Shown here one piece after another: positions 25,701 through 38,727 of a stretch of DNA of 64,000 nucleotides (its first letter is position 1; each line of letters opens with the position of its first letter). This DNA is from Mytilus trossulus. Lineage: Eukaryota. A program made the translations under genes and the position numbers. The stretch spans positions 44,702,001-44,766,000 of the forward strand of contig NC_086375.1 in assembly GCF_036588685.1 (NCBI RefSeq), given 5' to 3'. The notes below the pieces were generated by a model. The model ran no database searches. It was not told where the DNA came from and saw only the letters and a program-made list of their open reading frames with translations.

Positions 25701-28700
25701 TAAGAAGTAATTGTCCTCTATAATCAATTTTTAACAATTTTCATAAAACATTTTCCACTGAAACTACACGGACAAGTTCATTATAGATAGAGATAATTGT
25801 AAGCAGCAAGAATGTTCAGTAAAGTAAGATGTACAAACACATCACAATCACTTAACACAATTTTGTCATGAACTGTCTGCTTCCTTTGTTTAATTCACAT
25901 ATACCAAGGTGAGCGACACAGGCTCTTTTAGAGCCTCTAGTTATATTGTTAGATAAATAGATTGGACATTTATAATTTAAATTTGAATGGGAGACTGGTT
26001 AAATAAAATAACAGCACCATATCTATAAATGTTCAATTTTCTTTCAGAGACCAGGGCCTGGAGAACATCCATTACAGTTCAACTACGCAATATGGTTTTC
26101 ACGGAAATCTCAAGGAAAATCTTCTGCAAGTTATGATCAAAATTTAAAATTAGTGGGAACATTTGCATCGGTAAGATCACAACTTTACAACAGTGTAGCG
26201 CTATTATTTAATAATAAAGTTATCATAAAATTGAGAATGGAAATGGGGAATGTATCAAAGAGACAACAACCCGACAGTAGAAAAAAACAGCAGAAAGTCA
26301 CCAACAGGTCTTCAATGTAACAAGAAATTCCCGCACCTGGAAGCGTCCTTCAGCTGGCCCCTTAATAAATGTATACTAGTTCAGTGATAATGAACGCTAT
26401 ACTAATTTCCATTTGCGAGTATAGTCTTGAGGAAACGATGATAGTCCGTCGGAAGGGGACGATAAATGGCTGACCCGTGTTAAGAGAGAGCCATATCTCT
26501 TGAACGTTAAAGACACCCTTGTAGATTTCTAAAAAGAGTAGGCTAATGCCGCTACAAGGCAGCACTCGCACCTGCAAAGTGGAGAGGGATTAATATAAGT
26601 CGCAAAACTTGTTTCCCAATCCACTATAAATAAATATGTTTAAACTAATTAAACTAAACTAATTTCCAAATTGTACACAAGAAACTAAAATTAAAAAATA
26701 CAAGACTAACAAAGACCAGAGGCTCCTGACTTGGGACATGCGCTAAAATGTGGGGGGTTAAACATGTTTATGAGATCTCAATCCTCCCCTATACCTCTAG
26801 CCAATGTAGAAAAGTAAACACATAACAATACGTACATTTAAAATTCAATTCAAGAGAAGTCCGAGTCTGATGTCAGAAGATGTAACCAAAGAAAATAAAC
26901 AAAATGACAATTATACATAAATAACAACAGACTCCTAGCAGTTAACTGACATGCCAGCTCCAGACTTCAATTAAACTGATTGAAAGATTATGATTTCATC
27001 ATATGAATATCAGGCACAATCCTTCCCATTATGATTAGGGGTTTAGTAACATACCATCATAACATATATGAGAAGATCATAACCTGTGTCATGACAATCA
27101 GCATATATAATGTACAATGGTCATGAACAATAGAAACACTCTTAAAAAGTCATCACCAAGAATTACTTTTAAGTTTACCGTACATAGTCATAAACAATTA
27201 GGTTAATGAAAACCAAATTCTTAAGTTTTTGAGTATCTGATTTGAATAGGACTAATACAGTACATCATAAAGCATCATATAAGCAATAATTGAAAAGTGA
27301 TTCAGATACAATAATGATGATTTCATTAAAGTACTACAGTGTTTTAAAGCTTCAAGCTCTAAAGAAAATGAGCATATAAATATATTGTTTTAACCTTTTT
27401 GTCTCTGTCATTGTTTGTAGGTAGAACAGTTTTGGGGTATTTACAGTCATCTTGTCAGACCCAGTGATCTCACAGGTCATTGTGATTATCATCTTTTTAA
27501 AGAAGGAATAAGGCCAATGTGGGAGGTAAGAATTTATATAACCTGGTAATTTGAAAAAAGGTATGCTGACATTTTAAACAGTTTTAAAATTCTAGTAATA
27601 TTTAATATACATGTACTAGTTTAATTTTTTTTGATAGACATATACCTTTCTCATACAGCTAGAATTTGTCATCGATCATAGGTGATCTGTTTAGATTATT
27701 CAAATTTATATGCTGATTTTGGTGCTTATATAAAAACTGTGATAAATACGGTAGTGAAAAAAAAATGATTTTTGTAAATTTTCGACTAGTTTCAGGACCT
27801 GCAAATAGAGAAAACATGCAAGTACAAAATAAATTACCTTGATGTTTGTTTGCATGTAAAAAAATTTTGGTACTTGCATATACTGATTATACATTTATCC
27901 CACTCACAAATTTGTGTCAAAATACACGATTTTGTCCTGTTTTGTAGCAAAACCAGTTAAAATATTGGTGAATTTAATAAAAAAAAAAAAAAAAAATGAA
28001 AATTCATAAATCACCACACTTTGTAGTACTTTGTAGCAAAACCAGTTAAAATATTGGTGAATTAAAAAAAAAATGAAAATTCATAAATCACCATGTTTTG
28101 TAGTACTAACGTTTTTTTTAAGGCTGAAAAGCCCTTCTCATTTACATAGCTTATGTTTTGAAATCATAATTTTTTAGGATAGTGCAAATAATAAAGGTGG
28201 AAAATGGATTGTTCGATTAAAGAAAGGATTAGGATCCCGATGTTGGGAGAATTTAATTCTTGCCATGTTAGGAGAACAATTTATGGTTGGAGAAGAAATA
28301 TGTGGTGCAGTGATCTCAATTAGATATCAGGTAAATTATAATTGGAATATAGATAATTATAGAATATCTTTGGTCATCTTATAGAGATTGATTTTTTTGC
28401 GTGATCTGGTATGGTGAAAGTCATCTTCGCTAGCCAAGGGTTACGATCCACTCCCGCTATCTTCACCCTTGGCGGATTGAGTCAACATTTGTGATAACAG
28501 TGTTGCGCCATCTATCGGAAGATACAAATCACACCAATTCTAAATAAATTATTTTTGATCAATGGTAGCACTTGAACTCTTCAATTTGGAGGTAAAAACA
28601 CAGTAGCGTCTAGATTCTACACACTTGGTAAAGCCGGAAATGAAAACATAGGTCAACATTCATGCATTTGTGCATGAAATAAACACAGGAACTGCTATTT

Positions 28701-30939
28701 GTTGAAAAAAACATTCAAGTTTTCACTAAATATAGTCGTATGTTTAGGGATGTAAAGACTTGTTGCACAAAAAACACGTGGCAATTGTTTACAAACACTT
28801 TCTACATTTACACGTGATCATGTTATTGGGGCATTTTGATTGGATGCAGTGAGTTTTGACTGCAACCAATAAAAATTCTTACCTTGTGTCTCTGAAATTT
28901 TATCTCAATCCGCCAAGGGTGAAGAGAGCGGGAGTGGATGGTAACCCTGGGCTAGCGTAGATGGGTGAAAGTTGGAAAAGCATTTAGTTGAGATGACCAA
29001 TGATAATTTTTTTAAATCGCCATTTTACCCATGACAACATTGTTAAGTTCCTTGACAACTGCATGTGCACCCTTAGTTTCTAGTGATAATTTATTATATC
29101 ACTCTACTGTGCTGAAAAAGAAAATTGTCAGTCAATGAAAATTTTGTAAAAAAGCAATTAAAGTGATTATAAATTTAAGCACAAATTATGCAAATTCATC
29201 TCTATAGAGAAGATGTGGTATGAGTGCCAATGAGACATCTCTGCATCCAAATCACAATAAAAAGTTATTAAATAATCAAACTATGACCTTCAACATAAAG
29301 CACACACCAAACAGCAAGCTATAAAGCTGCATTTTTATGGAAACTCAGTAAATACTGGATATCAAGGGCAATGTTATAAACATTTTCTATAACTATTAAC
29401 CAATTTATACTTATTTCAAAAAGTTGATTTCTTCGTTATTATATTTATCATGTGGGTTGCTTGATCTCAGTTCTTATTGCAAAAAAATCAATTTTGATGT
29501 CAAATTTTCTAAATTCTGATTTTACTAAATTAATGTACACCATGAATAATGAAGTCCCCATACAAAAAAAAATACATAATTAATGCAGAACTTTTTCAAG
29601 ATTCATTTGCCTACATGTTGTTTAAAAGTTATTAGAGAAACAACCGTATTAAAAGAACAGGATAAATAACCTCAAATTTTAAAAATAATTATGAAAAAAT
29701 AGATAACAGTACTGATTTAATTAAAAAAAAGTTGAGAAAGGAATTATTTGTGTCTTTAGTCTTTTAAATACCTTCAATTGTTTATCTTTTGTTCAAACAT
29801 TTTTTTCATAAATAAGAGTTTTGAATATGGTACCCAATGTGGTATTGCATGTGACACTAAGAAGAAATACCTTCATGAAAGAATTTTGAAGTATCTATGA
29901 TAGTACAAATGTATAAAAATCTTTTACAATAAAAAAATCTATATATTTATGCTTAATTTGATCTTCGATGACTATGTTTTGTAGGAAGATATATTAGCAT
30001 TATGGAATAGGACTGCCTGTGACCAAGTAACTACATCAAGAATCAGAGACACATTAAAAAGAATACTTAATTTACCTCCTAACACAATCATGGAATATAA
30101 AACACATAATGATAGCATAAAGTAAGTTGTTATCTGAGGTTGAAAAGAAGAATCTTTGCATGAAAGCTTGAGGAATTTCCACCCATTTTCAAAACATGGG
30201 AAATAACTCATTTTGGTACAATTGTTCAATTTTGTCAGTCCATATGGGAACTTAAAAGATAGTTTGCAAAGCTATTTTTCACCATTTATTTTGTAAATGT
30301 TTATTTATGGACGTCGTTCACAATTGTTTCAGAAGCAATTTGCAAAACCCAAGCCATTTGAGTCAATCAATATTGTTTAGAGTTATGTCCCTTAAAAACT
30401 TAAATTATATTGAGAATCGCCGCAAGTGGTCTCATTACCTGTCTGATTTTTATGAAAACTACATCAGATTCATATCAGCAATTTTCAGAGGCATTTAATC
30501 ATCATTGGACTGGTCAACCGTTTTTACCAGATTTTTTTCCCTTAGAAAGGTAAATAGTATGGAACATTATGTTGCAGGTCCTCTTATTTCTACATTTATT
30601 TTTGAATTAACATGATTCTTTAAGAACCACACATATATTGGGGTGTATATAAAATATTTGCCATTTCAGCTGACATTGTTTTGTTTTTTTAACTTGTCAA
30701 GTGGAAATTTGGTGTCAGTTCAAATATCTTATATTGAGTTCAATCAAAGATTATAATCATTGTTGTCAAAGTAACTTTTTGCTTTTGATAGTGTGTTAGG
30801 ACAGTTACACTCTGTTCACTGTCTAATATAACTAAAATAACTTAAATTCCCTTAGATTTCCTCATCTTAAATTGCATTTTATTTTGTATTTTTCAGAGAC
30901 AACTCAAGTTTTAGAAATACAGATATCTTCATGAGGTGA
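16772..30939 (+). CDS. EIF4E2: Eukaryotic translation initiation factor 4E type 2 (4EHP, class II eIF4E; 224 aa)
   Basis: Exons 16772-16791, 20308-20401, 26048-26170, 27421-27525, 28178-28330, 29985-30121 and 30897-30939 (675 nt, GT-AG). Translation MNNKFDALK...GEHPLQFNY..W...VEQFW..YSHLVRP.DL...KEGIRPMWED..N.KGGKW..RCWENLILAMLGEQFMVGEEICG...DNSSFRNTD, with the class II Trp-to-Tyr substitutions. Confidence 0.97.
18592..20120. mobile_element. Non-autonomous hAT DNA transposon (1529 bp)
   Basis: TIR CAGGGATGGG/CCCATCCCTG, perfect 8-bp TSD GAAGACAT (18584-18591, 20121-20128), and many subterminal GTAATC/GATTAC motifs. Confidence 0.9.
21476..22785 (+). mobile_element. HINE copy inserted into the outer HINE of the same family
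   Basis: Complete termini, inserted in a T-run. The outer element resumes at ~22788 (GACATGGCCAACCATCCAAGATGGCC). Confidence 0.85.
23207..23871. mobile_element. PIF/Harbinger-like MITE, left arm of composite (665 bp)
   Basis: 19-bp TIR GGTAGCAATACACAGTTAG / CTAACTGTGTATTGCTACC; flanks TGA (left) and TTA (right). Confidence 0.85.
24614..25279. mobile_element. PIF/Harbinger-like MITE, right arm of composite (666 bp)
   Basis: Direct repeat of 23207-23871 (I count 4 substitutions and 1 indel); flanks TAA (left) and TGA (right). Confidence 0.85.
26226..27095. mobile_element. Interspersed repeat (TGAGAATGGAAATGGGGAATG family) hosting a SINE
   Basis: Family head AAAATTGAGAATGGAAATGGGGAATGT.TCAAAGAGACAACAACCCGAC, recalled from mussel repeats; interrupted at 26412-26657. 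Confidence 0.55.
26412..26657 (+). mobile_element. 5'-truncated SINE with (AAACT)n tail
   Basis: 11-bp TSD ACTAATTTCCA (26401-26411, 26658-26668) and an AAACT-repeat tail. The body TCGGAAGGGGACGATAAA...ACGTTAAAGACACCC resembles the Deu/Nin SINE domain. Confidence 0.7.
28422..28963. mobile_element. Mutator-like MITE (542 bp)
   Basis: ~58-bp TIRs (CATCT.CGCTAGCC.AGGGTTAC.ATCCACTCCCGCT.TCTTCACCCTTGGCGGATTGAG) and perfect 9-bp TSD GGTGAAAGT. It sits in an older repeat (~28360-29140) that has an inverted relative at ~37790-38020. Confidence 0.9.
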
Positions 30940-32510
30940 CAGTGAATCTTTTAACGGCAATAAACAGACAGATTTTAGACATTTTAACAGAATAGTGACA
31001 AATGTTTTACAAATGGCACATAGGAAGTTTTGCGATACAAATTTTATGCTGTTAATGTTAAAGAAAGGAATTTGGACAATATTAAATGATGTAAATGTTG
31101 AGAAATACTCATGCCATATGCAGTATCTGTTAATTACGACAAATAGTATACAGTAAGGTTAGCAGAAGTGTTCATTTATATTGTAAAAGAACCTTGAGGA
31201 AATACTCCAGATCTGTTGTAATTATCTGTAAACTATTAACACTATGAATGAAAACAAATGGTATTCTGTGTAAATATGTGAAACTATTTGCTATATGGAT
31301 TGAAAATATCAGTGACTTATTTTAGTGGGAGCTTAAAATAAACGCATCTTTTCATGAAGATATACGATTGTAGGTCTCTTACTAAGAAACAAATTTACTT
31401 ATATAAGTGAATATGGACACCAGTGTTACTCAAATAATTGTCTCAAGATAACTAAAGACTTGATGAAAAGATCCTTGCAAATTGTTTATAAAATGTTTTG
31501 TTCAATAAAAGGTCCCTTCTGTTTTCTGTTCGTGAGGGTTTTTAGATTTATTATTCAAGATTTATGGTAGTTTTAAAATCAATTATCTAAAAAAAATTCA
31601 AGCCCCAAGAAATTAATAAATGGTTGGTTCACTATAAGGCAGGATCCATTTCAATTCTAAGGGTACTTGGATTTGTGATTCCATAGGAAGCAGACTTATA
31701 TCCTCCAAAATATTGCTTTGCATGAAAACTCTTGTTTGTTTTATCGGTTTTTGGATGTATAATTTTACATAACTAGCTTTCTAAATTTTGTGGATTTTCT
31801 ATATTTTCTTTCAGGAGTATTGAATTTTATTTGTTTAATTATATAATTTATTTCTTGTGCCATCTTTAGCAGAAATCAAGGTTTTTTTAAATGTTGTTTC
31901 ATAAAATTTTGTAACGATCTTAAATCTTGTACAAATGTCCTCCCATTTCAGTATTCTGAAATTTGTTGTTCTAGCGGTATGCCTCTTTAAAAGTGGCACA
32001 TTGTGATTTCTTGACAGCTGTTTGAGTAGCAATATTCAAACCTTGAAAATATGTAATATTAATAACAATCAACATGACTTCTTTTATGAATTATCATAAA
32101 AATGTGATATTTTACTGTCTATTTTAAATAAAAGGATAACACTTTTTATTTTATTATTAAGTTAGAGTAAAATGCTTTGGACTGTTATTAAATACAATTC
32201 ACATGTCTTACCTTTAAACACAAACCAGTATGTTTATTCTTCAACTCAAAAGAAGGAGCAAAACAGATATCTGTCCCACAATTCTTTTCTTTTTTGCAGC
32301 TACTACTAAATATAGATGCCCAGTCATAAGTAAGGTAAAAGCTCCAGTATGTTATTTAACTACGGTAATGATTGCTTTCATTTCAGGATGGTGGTAATGG
32401 TAATTTTCTTCATTTCCCTTGTTTTAAAATAGCTAAAACAAAGATATGCATAATGGCTTGTTCTAAAGCCGAGACCATTTCACATATGTATATTGTGAAA
32501 GGATAAAAAA

Positions 32511-33275
32511 CAAGAGGCTGTCACAACGACAGCAAACCGGATTTATTAGCATTTATTTGTGTCCTGGCAATACCACAAGAACCATTACTGATGATTTGTG
32601 AAAGTGAAAATTGTCAATATCAAATTTGACCTCTATTTTGTCATCAGTATCAACATATTAAAATTTGAAAACCTTAGATTGAATGGTTTGTGAGTAAATG
32701 CAACAACATGAATGGAAACACCATTTTACGATCTTTCAAGAACCATAACTCCTGAACGGTAAAAGTCAAAATCGTCATTATTGAAATTGACCTCTATTTT
32801 GTCATCAGTAACTACATATTAAAATTTGAAAAGCTTTGGTTGAATGGTTCATGAGAAAATGCATGGACACGACTGGAAACATCATTTTTCAATCTTTCAA
32901 GAACCATAACTCCTGAACGGTAAAAGTCAAAATTGTCATTATTGAACTTGACCTCCATTTTGTCACCAGTAACAACATATTAAAATTTGGGAAGCTTTGG
33001 TAGAACTGTTCATGCATAAATGCACGGACACGACTGGAAACGCCATTTTTCAATCTTTCAAGAACCATAACTCCTGAACGGTAAAAGTCAAAATCGTCAT
33101 TATTGAACTTGACCTCCATTTTGTCACCAGTAACAACATATTTAAATTTGGGAAGCTTTGGTTGAACGGTTCTTGAGTTAATGCACGGACAACATTTGAT
33201 TGCCGCCCGACCGACCGCCCGCCCGCCGAGCATCCCCAATTTAATAACCGACATTTTTGTCACAAAAATCCTGTT
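32511..33275 (-). mobile_element. HINE-like element (second family) with 161-bp internal tandem repeats
   Basis: AAGAACCATAACTCCTGAACGG at 32738, 32899 and 33060; a (CCG/CCGA)n microsatellite at 33202-33228; terminal hairpin GCTGTC-acaac-GACAGC. Confidence 0.75.
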
Positions 33276-34756
33276 AAAAATCATGAGGATTAACCCGGTC
33301 AGGGTATTCAAATTCTTGGGAGATGAACCGTCTTCTTGAATATAAAAAATAGCAATTACAAAAGAAAAACTAAGAATAGGGGGTATCCTTCCAGGAGACA
33401 AAATCAATACCTGCAGAGCAAAAACGTGCATAAAGGAAAAGAACAGCACTTTAATTGCTGCTCTTCATTTCAGTCACAGCAAGGTCTTCAATACAAAACA
33501 AAAAAATCTCTGCAAGTTTAAGACAGCCCCTAGCACCTACATGGGAGAAATTCTCTGCCAAAATACTTATACTTATATGATGTAACATCTCCAAATTGGG
33601 GCAGAGTCAAAAAAAATATACTAGAATGTTGCACATATTTAAAACAAAATAGCTCCTATGCATAGGTGTAAATATCAAACTATGTAGAATATATTTGGTA
33701 ATTTAGGTATCAGTTGAAAGAAGGACTGGTGATCTTCGAAGAAGATATTTTGACTGATAATTTTTAATTACACAAAAATTATATGAATAACGCCTGAAAT
33801 TGAGGACACCTTGCCTGTTTCTCAGACATAAAGTACCAGGTTATGTGTAACCAAATTTCCAGTAATTAGTACAAATGTGCAAATAATTTTTTGGAGCTTA
33901 GTCAATGGAAAATTCAAACTTCCCTCAGAAAAAAATTTCATTAATATTTCTGTTCAAAATCTCCTCCAGTGATGAAATTGATGAATATACATGTAATTGT
34001 ATGTACCAATACTCAATAATGACACACAACATTAAAATATCCTAAAAACTTGAATAGATTGGTATAAATTAACATGATATGACACCAAAACGTGAAGTTT
34101 CCAATGTGATAGATTCAGGTTCTTGTGGTCCTCTTGTTTATTCCACTGGTAGTGAATTCAATATGAGGGTTTATAACTTTAATACAACACTAGTCAAGCC
34201 ATGCTCAGTCATTGTGTGGAATTGTTTGGGTGCTTTTTGTTTTTGTTTATTTCTGCACAATTTTGACTAGAAGGAAATTTAAAAGTTGATGGTAAATATT
34301 TGGTAGTTGTTTAATTTGTTGAAAGGTTTTGAGAATTCTTACAATTTAGAGCTTTACTGTTAGCAAAGCCACATATCTTCTGTTGAAGATCATATCTTTA
34401 AATGTTTGCTTTATGGTGTTTGTGGTTGCTGTCTCATTGAGATATTCATATACATGTACCTCAAATTTACCCTATTCACAGAAATGAAAGCTATATTGCC
34501 TGTGTCAAACCGGCAAATTTCTCCAAAAAACAAAGTAGAATATTGTACAATGTATTACAATAACAATAAATGTTAACTATATAAGAATTTAGAGCACAAA
34601 AAAAAGTTTATTCATAGAATAAGATTCAATTCATAGCACTCATAAAACAATAGCACATCATTTAATGATAAAAAAAAATCGAGTAGATGAAAATAATATT
34701 ATATACTATATACTCAGTAAAATCTCCATAAATGAATCTTATACATACACAAAACA

Positions 34757-34920
34757 TTTAATGAATGGCTATTATCTATTTTGAATTTATTGAACCATAA
34801 AACTAATTTTTTACTCTTCACATTGAAATAATCCGCGATGCGGATTATGTAAAATGTGAAGAGTCAAAAATTAGTTTTATGGTTCAATAAAATCAAAATA
34901 AATTATTGCCATTCATTATA
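34757..34920. repeat. Long near-perfect palindrome (foldback element)
   Basis: TTTATTGAACCATAAAACTAATTTTT.ACTCTTCACATT..ATAATCCGC-gat-GCGGATTAT..AATGTGAAGAGT.AAAAATTAGTTTTATGGTTCAATAAA. Confidence 0.8.
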
Positions 34921-35564
34921 AATAAATTTCTATCAAAAATAAGGCTCAAAGAACTTTTTATGTTATTTATATTAACAATAACAACGTATGTGTACATATG
35001 TTGGCGTATGAATACACAACATCAGAGTGGGGTGTCGCCATCAAAATTGACAACATTGAAAATAAAACTAATAATTTTAACAAATCAGAAGACAGTAAAA
35101 ACACCAAATTTATTTATTCTAAAGTAATGTAAATGTACCTTTTGTTTTCAGAAAAACATGTAACAAAAAGGCTTTTTTTAAATTCCTCTATACAAGGATA
35201 AAACTAGAAGTCTTACTGGTAATATTGCTTGACGTGACATATATAAATGATATTTATGTATACTATTAATTCAAACATTATAATAATATTAAAATGTTTT
35301 TTTAATGCAAATAAATACTACAGAATCAGCTGGTTTGTAACGATTACAACTCGCATCTTTATTTGTGATTTTCCTCCATAATTTTTAAAGGTTTAATAAG
35401 ACTTCACATTTTTACAAATGGTTAAGGATTTGCAATAATAATTTCATGCATCACTTTCTAAATAAACAATATGATCTCACAACAAATGTTTGTACTTGCA
35501 TGGTACATGGTTTCAGGAAATAGACTATCAAATCATGTTTATATGTCTACTAAAATCAACACTA

Positions 35565-36599
35565 TCAAAGTTCCAAATTCAAAATTGTAACATTTGGAGA
35601 TTGATCAGCTATGGCAATTTTCTGAGAACCATCCAAAATAAATGGTTTCATCCAGTTAATTTTTCCAACATGTTGAATCTCAGATATTTTTGCTGCTTCA
35701 GACACAGATTCATTTCTAACGTCCTCCCCATTTGTATGTCCATTGGAAGTTGTGTCTCCATTTGTAGCCAACTCCGTTTCTACTTGGTCTGCCTTTTCTA
35801 AATCCCATATGCAAATGCTACAATCATTACCACCCGAAATTAACTTTTTATTTGACAGAAAGTGTACTTGAGATGTTCCTTGTGAATGAGCATGAAGACT
35901 ATACAGTTCCCTTATATTTTTTCTTGAAATGTCAAAAACTGCTACATGTCCATTTTCTAAGGCTGCTGCTAAATAATGGCCATCTAATGATGCTGCAAGG
36001 TTATGAACAAGGGGAGGATTAAACATATAAGCATCACCTTCAGCATTGACGCTCTGCAATTCTTGCATGTTAAACTGATCAACACATTTGGGGCGAGAAA
36101 AATCCCAATGGATTAATTTAGAGTCTAAGCCACCAGTTATAATCTCCCATGGTTTACGTGGTCGGAAACAAGCAGTTGAACAAATGTTTGTATGCTTTGA
36201 TCGCAGTGTCTTGAATACTTTTTTGTCATATAAATCAACTATTTTTATCTCCCCTGAATCATCACATGCTGCTAAATATTTTTCTTTCTCATCCAATACA
36301 ATCTGATTAATCTCTTCCTGATTATATTCAAAACAGTCAACTAGCTCATCTAAGTTCTTAATGTCATAGACTTTAATTTTTTCATCAAAGGAAACATATA
36401 AAATATTTTCTTTCTCTTTAGAGAAACAAACAGAAGTACAACCAGTGTCAGTATTATCTATCTTTTTAAGAAGTGATCCATCTGATTTCCAAATACAAAG
36501 TTCACCATTTTCACTACCACTTGCAAGAAAGGATGCTGTCTTATCGACATCAACACAAAGAACAGATGCAGTATGACCTCCTGTTAATGTTGCTGTCAT
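35565..36599 (-). CDS. WDR53: WD repeat-containing protein 53 (344 aa, single coding exon)
   Basis: Acceptor TTTTCAG lies one base before the ATG. Translation MTATLTGGHTASVLCV...LASGSENGEL..W...YNQEEINQI...LAACDDSGEIKIVDL..KKV..TL..KHTNICS...FRP..P..I..GGLD...HSQGTSQVHFL, which follows human WDR53. The N-terminal 44 aa of the track ORF are intronic. Confidence 0.9.
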   Translation of the reverse strand: MTATLTGGHTASVLCVDVDKTASFLASGSENGELCIWKSDGSLLKKIDNTDTGCTSVCFSKEKENILYVSFDEKIKVYDIKNLDELVDCFEYNQEEINQIVLDEKEKYLAACDDSGEIKIVDLYDKKVFKTLRSKHTNICSTACFRPRKPWEIITGGLDSKLIHWDFSRPKCVDQFNMQELQSVNAEGDAYMFNPPLVHNLAASLDGHYLAAALENGHVAVFDISRKNIRELYSLHAHSQGTSQVHFLSNKKLISGGNDCSICIWDLEKADQVETELATNGDTTSNGHTNGEDVRNESVSEAAKISEIQHVGKINWMKPFILDGSQKIAIADQSPNVTILNLEL

Positions 36600-37325
36600 T
36601 CTGAAAATAGAAATAGATAGCAAAGATGTGAAGTTGATCACATTGCTTCTTGGACATTTAGTTTTCAAAACCTGAACAGCAAAATAAGTTTTTTTTTTTT
36701 TTTGGTTTACCAGATCTGACATGTCTGACAATTGTCATGTATATATATTTATATTTCATCATTAAAACTAGCGAAAATGTACAAACTATATTGTTAAAAC
36801 AATCTTCATTTTTTTCAGGTATAAATTTATTCAATTGTTAATTTTCAATTTTTGGATAGAGTTATACTTTAAAAAAGCATTTTTTTTACAATAAACCTGA
36901 AACTTAAGAGAATATATGTTAAATTATTCTAAATGAAGAGTTGAACAAATTTATTCTTTCAAGATGATGTCAAATAAAATATAATAAATTGTGTAAAAGC
37001 ATGACCAATATAAAAGTTATTACAAATATTCCATATTTCAGTTGAAACTTTTCAATTTAATATTGTGCCAGAAATCAATGTCCATTTGTTTACATGAAAA
37101 CAATAAGATTTTTTTTCAATTATAGATATATTCTTAATCAAGGTCAAGTTAAATTTTCATGATTTTGGCTTTTGTCGTTGTTAAGTTATATCCCTTTCCC
37201 AAGAATTCAACTTTTGATGAATTGATTCATAACAATTATATCAGTACATATAAAGGAACTCATTTTCTAAAAGATTTTTAAAAGGCAATGTATTAATATT
37301 GATAAATGACATTTTGTGGATTTTG

Positions 37326-37589
37326 CATACCTGCCAACTGTCACTATTTGCAAGGGATTTCCTCCATTGAGGCTTCCAAATTGAAATTTTGAAAGAGCAT
37401 TTTTTTGTCCACAATTAAAACAAAATAATTAATTTCACAATGACTTTAGGCTTTTAAAAGTACATGTATGAAGAAGCCAAAAAACAACATCAAAATGTAT
37501 TTGCAGGTGCCCTTGAAGTTTTTTTAGGACTATGACAGTCATCTTGCACGCAAAACCCCCATGGGCATTTTGAAAAGTTGGCAGGTATG
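37326..37589. mobile_element. P-element-like MITE (264 bp)
   Basis: TIR CATACCTGCCAACT / AGTTGGCAGGTATG; 7-bp TSD GATTTTG (37319-37325, 37590-37596). Confidence 0.75.
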
Positions 37590-38616
37590 GATTTTGTTTC
37601 TTTTCTTTGGTAAATTTTTGAAGACTCTTGTTTGTTATTCAGTATAAACTACATGTAATTTCTGAATGCTATATAATAGTATAATTGTTTTTTAAGTAGT
37701 GAACTCCTTTATTTAGATTATAATCTATTTCTATTATGGGACATATTTCATTATCATGATAATCGCTATTTTAGGAATTTTTCCTTTCATCTTACTGACT
37801 GATCATTTCCTTTCTCAGCACAGTAGAATGAACTGAAAAATTATGGCTAGAAACTAAGGGTGCACATGCCCATTGTCAATGAACTTAACAACATCATTGG
37901 TTTAAAAATAGTGGTAAACAGATTATTGGTCATCTTAACTCAATTGCTTTTCTCACTTATGGCGTGCCGACTCCCGTGAGAAAATCAATCTTGTTGAGAT
38001 AACCAAGGATAATCTTTAATATTATTTAAAGAGATCCAGGATATAGAAAAAGGGGAAGGGCCAACCAGGCAATGTTAGAAGTGGGACATGTAAAAAAAAA
38101 AAATGCTTTAACCTTATATATATAAATCATTAACCTGTTCCCATTTTTATTACCTTCAAGTGAACTCAGCAATCTTAATTTTAAAATGATGAATGGAAAA
38201 AAAAAACAATAGAGAAAAAACAGAAGCAATTTGTCTTCATGGTCTTGGTCACAAATTAAAGTTTCTGAAGACCAAAAATGGTGTGGATTTACATTTGCAA
38301 GTGTTGCCAGAGTATCTTCTTTCTTGGTATTAATTTTTCTAGATGTCATAATTATTTGGACTAGGTGCTATAAGTCTAGATTGCAATAGTGAATAGTCTG
38401 CCATTGCCAAGGTATAATTTTATCAATTTTGATTTTTTTAATAGTTTACTTTGTTCAAATAATTATGACGTCTTGGAAGGCTATTTTAAATTTTTGCTTT
38501 AACGCCTTCCTGCGACGATGTAAGGCTTCAAAGAAAAAAAATATAATAGCCTTTCAAGATGCTATAATTATTTGGAATATAGTTTCATATGCCATGGAAC
38601 ACCTCGAGCTCAAAGC

Positions 38617-38727
38617 TAGTCCAAATAATTATGACGTTTGGCAAGGCTATTTTAATTTTTTTCTGGGACGCCTTCCTACAGAAAAATAATAAAATAGCCT
38701 TGCCAGACGTCATAATTATTTGGACTA
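38617..38727. mobile_element. 111-bp palindromic MITE with 9-bp TSD
   Basis: TAGTCCAAATAATTATGACGT.TGGCAAGGCTATTTTA...TAAAATAGCCTTGCCA.ACGTCATAATTATTTGGACTA; TSD GCTCAAAGC. Older copies lie at ~38451-38580 and ~38343-38362. Confidence 0.85.

Larger units (their letters stand above)
21302..25940 (+). mobile_element. Helentron-associated element (HINE/DINE-1-like), outer copy with nested insertions
   Basis: 5' AGCTCACCTGGCC with inverted GGCCAAG, a (CGTC)n microsatellite, ~490-bp core repeats, and a 3' CCAAGGTGAGC subTIR plus AGGCTCT...AGAGCCT hairpin; flanked by TT. Confidence 0.8.

Noticed and set aside
32889-33449. 186-aa ORF
   Set aside because: It lies largely within 161-bp HINE tandem repeats (not a multiple of 3) and has no protein motif.
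36600-36731. N-terminal extension of WDR53 in the ORF track
   Set aside because: It is a read-through of intron sequence ending in a polypyrimidine tract and CAG; homology starts at MTATLTGGH.
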